NCBI GenBank assembly: GCA_002633005.1
Contig: NMRA01000290.1
Location: 485,974-549,973 of the forward strand
DNA: 64,000 nt
From: Phoronis australis
Lineage: Eukaryota; Animalia; Phoronida
Direction of reading: 5' to 3'
Made by a program: the position numbers and the translations under genes. The notes under the pieces were generated by a model. It did no database searches. It was not told the DNA's origin and saw only the letters and a list, made by a program, of their open reading frames with translations. Below, piece by piece: positions 1 through 12,812 of this stretch. Position 1 is the stretch's first letter, and each line of letters opens with the position of its first letter.

Positions 1-775
1 AAAGTGGTCAAAAGCGAGAGTTACGTTTTTGATTGGAGGCGGGTTTAATTCAGAAATGAGAACCCTGGCTGTACTTGTACGTTCCTTGGGTCATTTCTTA
101 ATGGACTATGCAGAGCTCAACATGATAGCAAGTATTGTGTTATTATTCTTAGTTCACTGAAGGCATCCATTTGAAAGTAAAGTTGCTTTGTCTTCAACAG
201 AAGGTGATTGAAAGTCACGGGTTTAAAGCGGCGTTTCAAGTCGAATCTCAATAAAAGTTTTGCGACATTAGGTTCAGCTGACATCGTCTTTCATATTGCT
301 TTTGCTTTAAATTGCGTGCCATGAGATAAAAATCATTGAAATATTTTTTTTTTTCATTTTCTGTTGTCCTTTTGGATGATCACTGAGCTGATTTATGTGG
401 TCAGACAATACCAGCGTGTGTGTGCTTACCGCTAAGGTGAAAAAGGCTCCTGTTCATCACAGGTTAAAGCAAGATTGCATGTGTACATTACTTGTTCGTA
501 ATTAGCGTTACTGTTATGGTGCACTCATGTTATTTCACTGGCAAGTCTTGTTTTGTTTAACCATCCTTTGTCAGAAGAAATAATGTGAATTAGCATTCCA
601 CAATTGAACTGTGACTGCGGCAGAGTGCATGAGCTGTTTGTTTTGGTGTCTCTAACTTGAAACTATTGTTTAAGGTTATGTAGAACCATATTGACCAGTT
701 TGCGTATTTAGTCAAATATCTACAGAACAACAGATTTTATACCAGTTAATGTACATATTTTCTGAAAGTATTTAA

Positions 776-2741
776 GGAGAATGCCACTCAAAAAACAACC
801 TAGTTTATATCAATTTAGATCGAGTAGTTCCACTCGATAACAGCAAGTACAGCTCTTTTACCTGATACCTGACGGCAGACGGAGGTGTTAAAATTAACCA
901 ATGACGTCAGAGGTTCGAATGCTGTCTGTTCAGCAGTTCACAACACGCTTACTGGTGTCAGCTTATCGCTCAAATTCATCGTTTTACACCAATAAATCAT
1001 CAAAGCTTGATGTATAACCCTTTTAAATACGTCCAGTTATTGAACAAATTTATTTCGCTATTACGGATTTCAGGTATTTGAACGTACCGTAGCCAACAAC
1101 TGAAGTTCGGTAGGCCAATTGACCAAAGTCGGTTGCAGAGTTTGGGGTCTGTTCCGTGATAAATTCAAATTATTCGTCCGTGAAATACAGACAGGAGAAC
1201 ATAGCTGTGTGTTGTAATTTTAGACTTGCGATTTTTTCAGTTCTAAACACACAAAACGCTTGCCATCCCGATCAGTGGCTCGGAACCTGATCAGGCCCAT
1301 CGCTGGCGTACTGAAAACCTCATGAACATAAACCAGCCAAAGTTGGAAACTAAACTTGCAGTCATGAAAAGACTATACTAGTGAGCCAAAGAAAAAATGT
1401 GCATGTGATTATTTTGGTGAATTAGCCGCGAAATTACCAGCTCGACGGGGCCGTGAAGTCAGGTTCATTAGGCCTACCGACCCTTCCTCAGAACCATCAA
1501 GGCAAAAGTTGTACGGTAACAATGATTCGAATTATGAATATGAATATCTAAATAAAGATTCCCCTAACGTCTGACCATAGGATATAAAATCGAGTTGTTT
1601 CGAAATAGCTTTCTGTCAGCAAACACTGAATTAGCATGCGCTCACACGGACTCGGTGCCTGATCAATCAGTTTATTGCATCTAAAGCCAGTAATGCAGTG
1701 GTTTATTCATTGCAGGCTTCTCAAAACATTTGCACCCATGAACACTCCAAAGCTTTACAAACTGTATCTAACGAGACAGACTTTGTTTCAGATTTGTATA
1801 AGAATAATTTATTTTGAAACAGAACGCAAAATGATAAACGTCAACGTGGCAACTCCCAATCCTGACTTAGGCGAGTACTCATCCGACGAACATTTCACAG
1901 GTCGATCATTAGGTTTCACAGGCTATCAGTTCGAACCGTAATACACTGATCAAGAAATAATAGAGGGGCTCCGTGAACATGCATAGACAACAGAACAATG
2001 GATAGTTCTGAAAACTGTTTAAATGACTTGTCATGGTGTCAGTGAGCTAACTGCATGGTAACAGAAATGACTGACGCTTGTATTTGCTACCACGAAATTC
2101 CGAAAGTGAAATCTTTCTTGGAGAAGCGTGGATGTGTCTCACGGACGATCCTGATTTTGCATCGCATCTAAACAGAGGTGTGCTTACGACGTTTTTTTGG
2201 GGCTGAGAAAAAGAACTGACAAAAACATCCTACACCCAGAGGACCAAACAGAAGCCTGATGAACCAGTCAGTCATCAAACAGGTTATATAAAACATTATG
2301 TTCTCATGCCTTGAATGAATTGCAATTGTTTATGTTTTCATGGCCAACTACAATTCTCCGTAATCAAAAACTGATCAACAACCGATCCAACAAAATGCAG
2401 GCCACTGACAGACACGGAGAAGTTTCACGGCCTCATACTTGGTATTAACGGCACACTTTTCAATCTTCACTACCCTGAGCCACTTCCAAAGCATTATGGG
2501 CTCTCGAGAAATTCGAAAAAACGGTATACACGCTTTCCTCACAGCTACTTATTTTGCATAAGCTGGAACGATACACCACACCATAACGGCACTCACTCGG
2601 CTGAAGAACCACTGACGTCGCTGCGTCGTTTCTCACCTTCCTCATAGGTTAACGTGGCGAGTTACGATCGACCATATACCAGGTGAAGTGGATATAGACC
2701 GTCACGGTAAAAAAGACACATTAAATCGGGTGGCATTCTCC
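776..2741. mobile_element. Kolobok-like DNA transposon, degenerate and non-autonomous
   Basis: Terminal inverted repeats GGAGAATGCCAC (776) and GTGGCATTCTCC (ends 2741), flanked by TTAA (772-775) and TTGA (2742-2745). RR..YY termini with a TTAA target are Kolobok hallmarks. Contains an internal Cys-rich remnant. Confidence 0.7.
1860..2190 (+). pseudogene. KolX / P2X7 C-terminal ballast (nanor)-like Cys-rich remnant inside the Kolobok-like element
   Basis: Broken translation ...GYQFEP*...LSWCQ*ANCMVTEMTDACICYHEIPKVKSFLEKRGCVS/DDPDFASHLNRGVL fits the WCxCxxC..ECxCCxE..C..F..L..VL pattern; stops and frameshifts present. Confidence 0.55.
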
Positions 2742-3224
2742 TTGAAGCCTGTAGAATTTAAATTTTGGCATTTTACTAATCTGCCATTGAGTCACGTGAC
2801 CGTGTCTTTTCATTAAAATTTAGGTAAATTGATAGCTAGGCAATGGTAATTTTGTATGATAAAAATCTTTAAGACAACATCTCAAAAAAGCTTTTACAGT
2901 TTCTAAAATATTTCGTTTTGTGCCACTTCAGATTTTTTTTCATGAAAATCATGCAAGTCCCGTTTTTTATAGGACCTCGTGCAAAAGCGGAACATTTTAA
3001 AATCAATTTCTAAGAGCATTTGAAGAACTGTGCATAAAACAGTATATGAAAATTTCATCCGGTCAGTCATTTCTGAAATGTTCTGAAATTTTGTAATTTT
3101 TCTATGGTCCTTCATAACCTTAAGTTGTTGATTTGGGCCACCGAAAGTGTACAGTATCTTTAATTTGTTAAAGATAACCATAAACTATTTGCTTTTTCCA
3201 TTTTCATTTCTCTCGCTATTTCAG

Positions 3225-3412
3225 ATGATCATCGAATCCTCGTAGAACCTTCATGTGGGTCTGCTCTGGCTGCTGTATATTCAGATACTCTCAAGAAGTT
3301 GCAAGATTCACAGAAATTGGGGCCGGTGAAATCAGTCGTCGTCGTTGTGTGTGGAGGCAACGGTGTGAATTTGGATTTGCTTGAGAAATGGAGGAAGGAA
3401 TTTGATTTATAG
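3225..3412 (+). CDS. SDS: Last coding exon of L-serine dehydratase/L-threonine deaminase (SDS/SDSL-like); earlier exons were not found and probably lie upstream of the window
   Basis: Polypyrimidine tract plus tttcag acceptor (AG 3223-3224). Translates (D)DHRILVEPSCGSALAAVYSDTLKKLQDSQKLGPVKSVVVVVCGGNGVNLDLLEKWRKEFDL*, with the LVEPxCG and VCGG motifs of PLP-dependent serine dehydratases. Confidence 0.88.
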
Positions 3413-6400
3413 CAGAGTAGTATTCTGCTGTAGTGACTTTTGAAGAAGTTTTCACCCACGAATATGAATAGAGTGCCAATTCATGTGTGTTTCATTTGTC
3501 AAATGATAGCTATTTCTGACGAAATAACCGATTCTTCCAAGCAAGCTCACCAGTTGGTACGTAATATACTTTAAAGTATGTTTTCTCTCATAATTCCGCG
3601 GTTTTATTATCATCATGATTGCTCTAAGTATATTATAATTATTATTAATCTGAGAAATATTTTTATAAAGAAAGCTGTTGTTTTGTATGTCAAAATACAA
3701 CTTCACAAGTTAGAGAAATGTAATTTATTTATCATTGGTTGTCAATAACATGTTTGGGAAAAATGTTACAAGATAACTAATATAAAGACATTGAACAATG
3801 TGTACACAAGCAATTTTCAGAAAAACTGGAATGTCCATCTGAGGCTGGGTGTATGTAATGTAGCGCCTATCACAGATGACTTGAAACAAGCAATACTTTT
3901 GACAATACATCTTGGCTATTTTAAAGAATATGGTAACCTAGCCTTGGTACAAAGCTGAGCAAAAATGACTGCTAAAATATTGTAATTTTTGTATTTTCCA
4001 AACGCTCCCTACAATATAATTAAAAATATTCAAAATTTCATCATGGATTCATAATAACACCAGTACAATATAAACTCTCCAAACAATGATTAGTAAATTT
4101 TTTCTTCCTGTTTTTTGAAAGTTGGTAAAATAAAATTTCATTGGTCAGTGAAATTGAGTTCTAAATTGAAGAAACTTGACCATGTGTGCATCAGTACATC
4201 TGAGATTCAACAAATAAGAGCTGTAGTAAAACCTTCACAAATTCCTTTAATTTATGGTAAAACCTCTCCAATTAAGGACAAAATCGAAATTTCGTTTTCT
4301 CATTTTTAGCAAACAATAAATAGCACAAAATTAATGCTTTTCCATTTTTAAGTTTTATACGGTTGCTACCACCAGACACCATTTCAAAGGATTGTGGTCA
4401 TCAATAATGCTAGAAGCTTTTGAAAAGTAAAAAGATGGCAGTTATTTTTGTCCAAAATTGGAGAAATCTTACCATATATTCAAATACTAAGACTTCTCTG
4501 ATAAGTTAAAACAATGTAAGTTAGGCAATTGCTGCCACAAATTCTTTTGCCACATCAAGACATTACCATTCATTTCACCCTCCACCCAACAAATGATACG
4601 AACCAGGTGAGTGTGTCACAACGACACACCACCTCTCTAACATGCTCCCTTTATCATGCCACACAGATGGTCTCAAAACAAAAAATGTGAGCATGTAAAT
4701 GAAGGCACACTTCTTTTGCAACATCACAACATGATAGTAATTCTGTGAAAAATGAATGCTCAAGGTAAACCTACTAAGCTTTGCTGTGTAAAGCCAAAAG
4801 CAGAACATGAGTGTATAAAGAATGCTCGCTTAGCAACAGAAGTGGTCTTTCACACATCATACTGTCTCTGCCTTTGACATCTGACAACAACGATACTTGG
4901 GAATTATTGTTAAGCTATTCGAAACGAACTTCTTGATTTTACAAAGATGTTAAAATACAAATAATATCACTTTGACCAATACAGGGTTCAAAATATAACG
5001 ACCATCATGGAGCCCTACAAAAATGTTTACGGTAAACTTAAAGTGTGTAAGAATAAGAAATTTGTAAATACTTAATGCAACAGATCTCAAGGAGAAACAG
5101 CATATACAAAACCTATGATATTCTAACACAATATAAATAACAACAAATGTCTGCCTTTTATGGTCAAAATATGAATGTTTCAAAGCCTTTCTGAAGAATT
5201 GGGTAATAATAAATACAACAATAAATATTTCTGAAATAGGCCTAACTCTTAACAAATGTAAGAGATGTTTGGCACTTGGTTTTCAGGTTTTTAAACATTA
5301 AAGCTATATTAAGCACTACATCGGTAATTGGTTGGCATGGAACTCACAAGTGTCATCTTTGGTTTAATAAACCAGTTCATTCTAATTTTATCTTACTTTG
5401 AAGTTGGCCAGTTTTGACCCGCTCAATATAGTGACTGAAATCATGACTCATTCAAATTTGGCATCAGTATATTATGACTCAGCTTTGATATAATATCAGA
5501 ATTCAACTTGCTTTCCAAAAGGAAGCAAATACATCTACTAACTGAAACTAGACGTGAACGAAGTAATTTTAATTGGTCATTGCCAGCCAGTATGGCTTCA
5601 ATATTACAATAGGCCTCACATGCCTCCTGAGTCCCCTGAGGCTTGGTAAAAAGGTATGATGAAATCCATAACAGGAAATGGGTTGTTTCAATGGTAATGC
5701 TTCACTATTTACCACACAATATGGCAGGTAAGTGAACTTTTAAGTTGTCAAATTTTGCAACAAAAGCAAATTAAGTATCGCTTAGCCTCTATAGTTAGCT
5801 TAGTTTGTAGTGTGCAGATAACATAAAACAACTTTTGGTAAAGTTTCCAATGTTAAGCAACATTGTAACTAGCCTTTGAAAAATAGGAAACCGAGAATTT
5901 TGGCAATTAAAGAATTACCATACACTTATGATTACAAACTCTGTGTGCAAATATAGTGTCGAGTAAATTTCTCCCACCACTTGAGAACAATATCTGGCAT
6001 GATAAGACACAAAGCATAGATTTCAGGCAAGTTGCACAAGTAAGAATCTCATATGGAATAAATAGAATTTTAAAAATACACAATGTTCTCTTAATTCAAG
6101 AAAGACTGCAAAAAACATAACTGAGCCAATATTATCCACCATTAATTAAACATCACGGTAGTGGTGGTCAGTTAATATATAGAATGATTAGGCTTGCAAA
6201 GGGCAATATAACAGTAACCACAACACAATATCCCAGTTGACATAAACAGTTGTAAAAACTATTGGGTGTAAATAGATGACAACACGTTTATCACCAAGCT
6301 ACTCAAAGTTTACTACATCCAAGTGGGGTAGCAACTGTTTCTGTTGAGAGTTCAGCTGTTCCTGTTTTCAGTCTTATAGGACTTTAATAAGAGTAACACA

Positions 6401-6505
6401 AAGTGTTGAAATACATCTACGCAAACGATATGCTACTAGGGATGTTTTTTAGAATCAAATAACATATCAAGTACTACAGAATGCAGCATAAGTCAAGTCC
6501 TGCTG

Positions 6506-7330
6506 AAACAAGGCAAGTTTTATTGCCTCCTTGACACAAACTTTTAAGGCAAATTTTGTGAACATCCATCAGAAAGCTAGTTAGTGGAGCAATGTGCAAA
6601 GAAAACCACTAGGGGGTGCCAGAGTAGTCAGATTCATCACAAAATCAACACCTGGCGTACTCTCCTCAATTAAAACACATAATTATACCAAATTTCACGA
6701 ACACCCATCAACGAACTCAGTAGATATGAAGGCATTGACAAAAAGCATCTGAGGCACCAGGGACGCCACAGTCGTTGGACCCATCCAAAAATGTAGGTCA
6801 ACCGTGATCATCTTAATAGGAATACATTTATCAAATTTCAAGCACTTTGTCGGATAGCAAGGCGGATTCCAAACATAGACGCAAAAATGATAAAAATGAC
6901 AACTAGGGGGTGCAGAATGCATTGAATCCATCCCAAAATGGGAACGTGTCACTGCCCCCTTAATATAAAAAGGTATTTGCCAGATTTCATGAAAATCTAT
7001 CAAGGAATTAGTTCACAGATAGAGACGCATACACTAAGAATAGTTACCTAACTTATCACAGTAGTTCAAAAATTGAAGTCAACCACGCTCATCTCAAGAG
7101 AAACACATCTGTGAAATTTCACAACGATCATTCAAGCGGTTTGGCGAAAAGCAAGCTAGAAGCAGACACCAAAAACAGAATGTAAAAATAATAAAAACAG
7201 CCACTATTAAACGCAGATAAACATTATAATTCGTCAAAAATTGGAAAGGTATTGTTGTCTCCATAATAGAAACCTATTTGCCACATTTCACAAAAATCCG
7301 TATCCAGAACTCAGCAGATATATCATTTGG
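6506..7330 (+). repeat. Degenerate copy of the Helentron/HINE-like repeat family with CCACTAGGGGG monomers
   Basis: Begins AAACAAGG. Repeated blocks ccactaggggggtgc (~6606), gcaccagggacgc (~6754) and caactaggggtgc (~6900), each followed by aaatttca..aatcc motifs, as in 27500-29370. Confidence 0.5.
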
Positions 7331-7667
7331 CCTGGGGTCTGAAATCGTCTCCAAATAAGTTGCTATACCGGTAATTGCTTATTGGTAAAGGAAGCTTTCA
7401 CAATTATCGCTCATAAGCGTAAAAACATTAGGTGTTTGAGAGGAAGGGGCTTACTGCTACTGTACACTTTCAACATTATAAAAATGTTGATGCTGAATAA
7501 CAGAACATCAACATTTTTAATAGCTTTCCACATTGTAACAGCATGACGAAACTACCAACAGCAGAAATGTTGCCAAGATTCAGCCAGGCAAAAACTAAAT
7601 AGTCTTGAAGGGATTGTTTGAAAATAAAGTTTTATTTTGATGGTACGCCACTGTGCAGACCAACACT

Positions 7668-8444
7668 TGTCGTGTCACATAGGCTCATTCTGCCTTACTC
7701 TCCCTTTCTGGATTAGTTTTTAAGTATCTCGTTAGATGTCGCTATGAGATTGCCATTATGGACGCCGCATGCTCGGAACTGTTTTTACTAGAGTTATTTT
7801 AGTTATTCCTAGAATTTGGCCTTGTTACAGAGGATAGTTTGTAAGTAGTTTGTTATTTAGTCATGTTTCCTTCCGTTCTTGTAGGTATTTGCTTCAGCAT
7901 TCTCGTAATTTCAGTACTGTAGGTTTATTTGCCGTCTTTTCGATCTGCCATTGTTTGCTACTGATTTGTAGGATCCCTCATTGTGGTGCATTTCTCTACT
8001 AGTTCAGAGTATTTGACTTTCATTACTGTTTATTTAGATTAAGGAATTCGCAGTATTATTCTTGCAGTATTTGCAGTACCTATTCTCCAAATATTTCTAG
8101 ATATTCCTTTGGTGTAGCTCGGTCTCTTTAGAAATTATCTCCCCTTATTTCATTGGACTTTGTCCTTGTCTTGTGTGGGGTTTGTTTTATCTTCCTCTTT
8201 AGCGCTCTTGTATGCCTTTGTAAATAGCACAGCATACTGACACTTTTCATTGTTTTCCTTCAGTTTTCACTAGCTTACAATAAATGATCCACTTCTGGAA
8301 TTGTTGTATTTATTGTTTAAATTCATTGTATAGATCATATGTTTAGAAGAACTTTAAACCTATTGATGCAGATCAATACAAAGGTACAGCGACCCCTGGC
8401 GAGGACTTTGGTGACATCCCTGCCCCTACATGACAGGACCGTCA
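7668..8444 (+). repeat. 5' LTR of the BEL/Pao element
   Basis: Starts TGT and matches 12180-12812 up to ~8308. AATAAA at 8279-8284. The 3' end is either CATGACA (8435) or CCGTCA (8444); the exact end is uncertain. Confidence 0.8.
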
Positions 8445-8495
8445 GTGAAAAAAACTTCCAAAACAGAAACGAAGTTCCAACCAAAACACTACTAA

Positions 8496-8932
8496 ATGGC
8501 TGAGTCTGAACAATCTAACAAGCTAGTTGAGTCTACTGGACGTCTGCAAACACTCACCGAGAAGGGTGAAGACCTCCACATGCAAGAAGTCGACCGCCGC
8601 TCTAAGAGACTTAACAAATTAATTGCAGAAATTGATCATGACATTTTAAGCAGTGCCACCTGCCCCAATGTGGTCTCCTCTATCCAGTCCATACAGCAGG
8701 ACCTGGAGGAAAAGCTGAATTTGTTTAACGAGTACTCTTTGGAGTTTGTGGACTCGTGCATCAAAACACAGCCCTTAGCCAGGAGCGACTCAAAGAGCAT
8801 GAGGCCAATGCTGAAATTATTTTAAGAAAAGGGAAGTCAGTTATCTCAAAGCTTCAACATACTTCGGAATTGTTACAAGATGACACCAGATCGGCGTTGA
8901 CGTCAAGGCTTTCTAAACAGCGTCCTGGATCC
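8496..8932 (+). pseudogene. BEL gag N-terminal fragment, frameshifted; resumes at ~10715-11180 after the LINE
   Basis: MAESEQSNKLVESTGRLQTLTEKG... then coiled-coil QMKAEEARSRLKYTEQAAA and FNGDATVFYPWRNSFKAVL after the LINE insertion. Confidence 0.7.
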
Positions 8933-8937
8933 TAGAA

Positions 8938-10714
8938 TCTTGGCCTATAGGGAGGGCTATAGTTGTCAATATGCACTACTCAGGCTCACAGAGACCTGAA
9001 AGTCAGCCCTTTAAGTGCCACGCTGGAGCAGTAATGATGGACCTCAGAAAGGCATTTGACTACCTCACACATGAGCTGATTATATCAAAGCTGTCAGTCT
9101 ATGGCATGTCTGATGAGGGATGTGCTTTGATATGGTCCAACCTATCCAATTAGCCAAAGGGTAAAACCAGTGGCGGATTTGGAGGGGGGCCAAGGGGGCC
9201 ATGGGACCTCCTAAAATTCTCCAAGATTCCATTGGGCAGTTCGGGAGACCCAATGTCTGACAGGCAAAATCTTGGCTAATACTCTGCCCTGGCTCCCCCC
9301 TAACTCAAAATCCTTGATCCGCCCATAGAAACTGTCTGAATTTTTCAGTAGCTGGCTCTGTCTTACGAAAGGCATTCCCCAAGGCTCACTGCTAGGGCCT
9401 GTACTTTTTAATGTTTTTGTAAATGATCTCTATTCTGCGATTAAAGACTCAAACCTTGTGAACTATGCGGATGAAAACACAATCTCTGTCATTAGAGACT
9501 CCAGGGCCGAGGTCATTAGGACTTTAACATCAGAGTCGGAGATTGCGATCTCATGGTTCCGGGATAATATGATGGAGGCCAACTCATCAAAGTTTCAGGC
9601 CATTATGTTCAATGGCAGCAGTGCCACTAGATTCTGGATCGGAGATGATATCATATCCTCTGAAGACACCGTGGTATTGCTGGGTGTCACTTTGGACAAA
9701 CAGCTAAGTTTTGCACAGACATCAGAGTTCTCTGTCAGAAGGCTGCGGTGCAGCTTAGTGTCCTTCAAAGGCTGTCAGGACAGCTTGACCATGTGTCACG
9801 GATGGCTATTTTTCGACGTTTTTGTCCTGTCACACTTTAGTTACTGTAACTCAGTGTGGCATTTCTGCAGCGCGAAGAACACTGTAAAACTCGAGCGCCT
9901 ACAGTACAGGGCACTCAGATTTGTGTATCAGGACTGGAATGCGAGCTACACTGAACTCCTCGCTAGAGCAGATCTCCCGACCCTTGAACTGTCTAGAAAG
10001 CACGCTATCCTTCTAGAGGTATACAAATCATATCATCATTTGTCACCCCCTTTTATGTGGACCTCTTTGAGGAAAAAGCGTCTCATTATAATCTGTGGTG
10101 GCATTACTGCGTCATTTTATCTTCACTTGAGAATGAAACAAGTATGATTCGAAATATCGTGTGTCTTTTAATTATGTCGCTAGGTCAGTTACTGTGTCTG
10201 TGTTCAGTTGAGAGTAGAGTTTTGTTCCGAAAGTACGAACGCAACGGAACAAAGACTGTGAACAATGAAAAGTGTTGTGCATGTAACAAATTCATTATAA
10301 TCTGCGTAATAAACCTGTGCTACGTGTGAAACATTGTCGAACAGTGCGCCAAAGTTTAAACTCTTTATCAGTGTGCCAAACTCTGGAACTCTCTTCCAAA
10401 TGAGGCCAAGTTCATGGACTATAAACTTTTTAAGAATTTTATTAAATCTTGGACAGAACCCCCGTGCAGGTGAGGGTATGCAGATTTTAAATCTGGTGTG
10501 TATGTATATGTGTGTGCATGCCATACTTTCATGATATCTTATTAATATGTGTTTTTTCTCATCTTGTTATATGTTTTGTTTTATCATTATTTTATTGTTC
10601 ATTATTTATGCTTTTTATGTTATTATTCACAGTCGGTGATATTAGCCTTCGGCTAGTGTTTGTCTGTTTTGTCAAACTGACTATTAATAAAGAGATTGAT
10701 TCATTTGATTGATT
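8938..10714 (+). mobile_element. 5'-truncated CR1/L2-group LINE inserted in BEL gag
   Basis: RT motifs AYREGYSCQYALLRL, MDLRKAFD, GIPQGSLLGPVLFNVFVNDL, NYADENT, LLGVTLDKQLSF and SHFSYCNSVWHFC..KLERLQYRALR. Ends with AATAAA and an (ATTG)n tail at 10686-10714. Confidence 0.88.
9168..9327. mobile_element. MITE (hAT5-like) inserted in the LINE reverse transcriptase
   Basis: Termini CAGTGGCGGAT and ATCCGCCCATA. It interrupts RT codons ..AGGGTAAAAC|TGTCTGAA; flanks aaaac/gaaac suggest a 5-bp TSD. Confidence 0.7.
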
Positions 10715-11181
10715 GAAGAAAACCGATCACAAATGAAAGCGGAAGAAGCTCGTAGCCGCCTCAAATATACAGAACAAGCAGCGGCTATAACTAAGAAAAA
10801 GGCACAACTTCTTCAGGCTCAACAGGAGCTGGAGACTGGCCTGGAATTGCTAAAACATGGAGAAGAGTTAGCCGAAGCCCAAGTGAGGTTGGAGATGGGG
10901 TTAGAATCAGACGTCACAGCAGGTTTCAGGAACTTGCCCACACTGCAGCCACCCAATCCCAGTAAAATAGAAAACGAAACAAAAACCCCAATGCCTCACC
11001 CTTTGTAACAATGGCACCTGGTCCTGTTCCTCGACTGGATGCGCCCGATAAACTTGCAGTGTCACTTGCTTGGCAAGCCCTGCCGAAGTGCCACCCCAAC
11101 GTGTTCAATGGAGACGCAACAGTATTTTACCCCTGGCGTAATTCTTTCAAGGCAGTGCTTGGGGATGCTAATATTCATCCC

Positions 11182-12127
11182 AAGATGTCTGACCTACCAG
11201 AGGATAGGACTGAGCCTACGCCCCCCTTCACTAATGTTGGTTGTGACGTTTTTGGACCTTGGTCAGTTCTTACCAGAAGAACTAGAGGTGGTTCCACTGA
11301 CTGATGGGGTCTGGTTTTTACCTGCCTGTACAGTCGAGCCATTCATATTGAGTTGCTGGAATCGATGGATACTGATGCCTTCATTTGTGCTCTACGTCGA
11401 TTTGTTGCCATTCCAGGAGCTATCACTAGGTGTGTGATGTGACCAAGGAAGCACAAGCAGAACTGGAAAGGGCCCTGGGAGAGTTAAACCAGGAGAGAAT
11501 CTGCAGTCACCTCTTCGCCCAAAACTGCGAGTAGATATTCAACCCTCCTCATGCCTCGAACTTTGGAGGAGTCTAGGAAAGGCAAATCTCCACCTATATG
11601 GTATGCTTGTTGGCTTGGGAAGTCCTCAACTGACCCATGAGCTGCTATCGACGCTTCTACCTGAAGTCTCCGCTATTGTCAACACTCGACCAATGGCTAC
11701 CATTTCTACTGACGTTGAGGTTGCAGAACCATTGTCCCCGTCTGTGCAGCTCCCTATGAAATCACGTCCGATTAACTCTCCTTTAGGCAATTTCATGCAG
11801 CAGGACCAGTACAGTCGTCGACGTTGGAGGCGAGTGCAGTACTTAGCTACTCAGTTTTGGGTACGATGGCGACCAGAATACCTGGGGAATCTCCAACGAT
11901 GTGAGAAGTGGCAACAAGTGCGTAGGATTATCTCAGTTGGTGATGTGGTACTTATGCGCGACCAGGATGTACTTCGCAGTGAATGGCCACTCGGAAGAGT
12001 TACGGAGACCTTCAACTCTGATGATGGTATCGTGGGGAAGGCTTGTGTGGAGACCGCCCCTGATGGAGTCAAGAAGACTTACACTCAGCCTGCTAAAGAA
12101 CGTATTGTTTTACTTCAAGACAATTGA
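11182..12127 (+). pseudogene. BEL/Pao integrase remnant (core plus C-terminal DUF5641-type region)
   Basis: KMSDLPEDRTEPTPPFTNVGCDVFGPW..WGLVFTCLYSRAIHIELLESMDTDAFICALRRF..; ORF 11603-12127; multiple stops and frameshifts. Confidence 0.85.
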
Positions 12128-12179
12128 CTGTATTTCGTATTCTGGCACTTTTGTAAAGGCTTTGCCTTTAGGAGCGGAG

Positions 12180-12812
12180 TGTCGTGTCACATAGGCTCAT
12201 TCTGCCTTACTCTCCCTTTCTGGATTAGTTTTTAAGTACCTTGTTAGATGTCGGTATGAGATTGCCATTATGGACGCAGCATGCTCGGAACTGTTTTTAC
12301 TAGAGTTATTTTAGTTATTCCTAGAATTTGGCCTTGTTACAGAGGATAGTTTGTAAGTAGTTTGTTATTTAGTCATATTTCCTTCCGTTCTTGTAGGTAT
12401 TTGCTTCAGTGTTCTCGTAATTTCAGTAGTTTTATTTGCCATCTTTTCGATCTGCCATTGTTTGTTACCGATTTGCAGGACGCCTCATTGTGGTGCATTT
12501 CTCTAGTTTCAGAGTATTTGACTTTCATTACTGTTTATTTAGATTAAGGAATTCGCAGTATTATTCTTGCAGTATTTGTTGTACCTGTTCTTCAGATATT
12601 TCTAGATATTCCTTTGATGTAGCTCGGTCTCTTTAGAAATTATCTCCCCTGATTTCATTGGACTGTGTCCTTGCCTTGTGTGGGGTTGTTTTATCTTCCT
12701 CTTTAGCGCTCTTGTATGCCTTTATAAATTGCACAGCATACTGACACTGTTCATTGTTTTCTTTCAGTTTTCACTAGCTTACAATAAATGATCCACTTCT
12801 GGAATTGTTGTA
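12180..12812 (+). repeat. 3' LTR of the BEL/Pao element, truncated at its 3' end
   Basis: Direct repeat of 7668-~8308, preceded by a PPT. Similarity stops 24 nt after AATAAA (12783-12788). Confidence 0.85.

Larger units (their letters stand above)
7668..12812 (+). mobile_element. BEL/Pao LTR retrotransposon, internally deleted, with a nested LINE
   Basis: Two highly similar direct LTRs starting TGTCGTGTCACATAGG (7668 and 12180), with a purine tract aggagcggag just before the 3' LTR. Gag-like start at 8496 (LQTLTEKG) and a BEL-type integrase C-terminus (MSDLPEDR..PPFTNVGCDVFGP; RRRWRRVQYLATQFWVRWRPEYL; WPLGRV). Confidence 0.92.
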
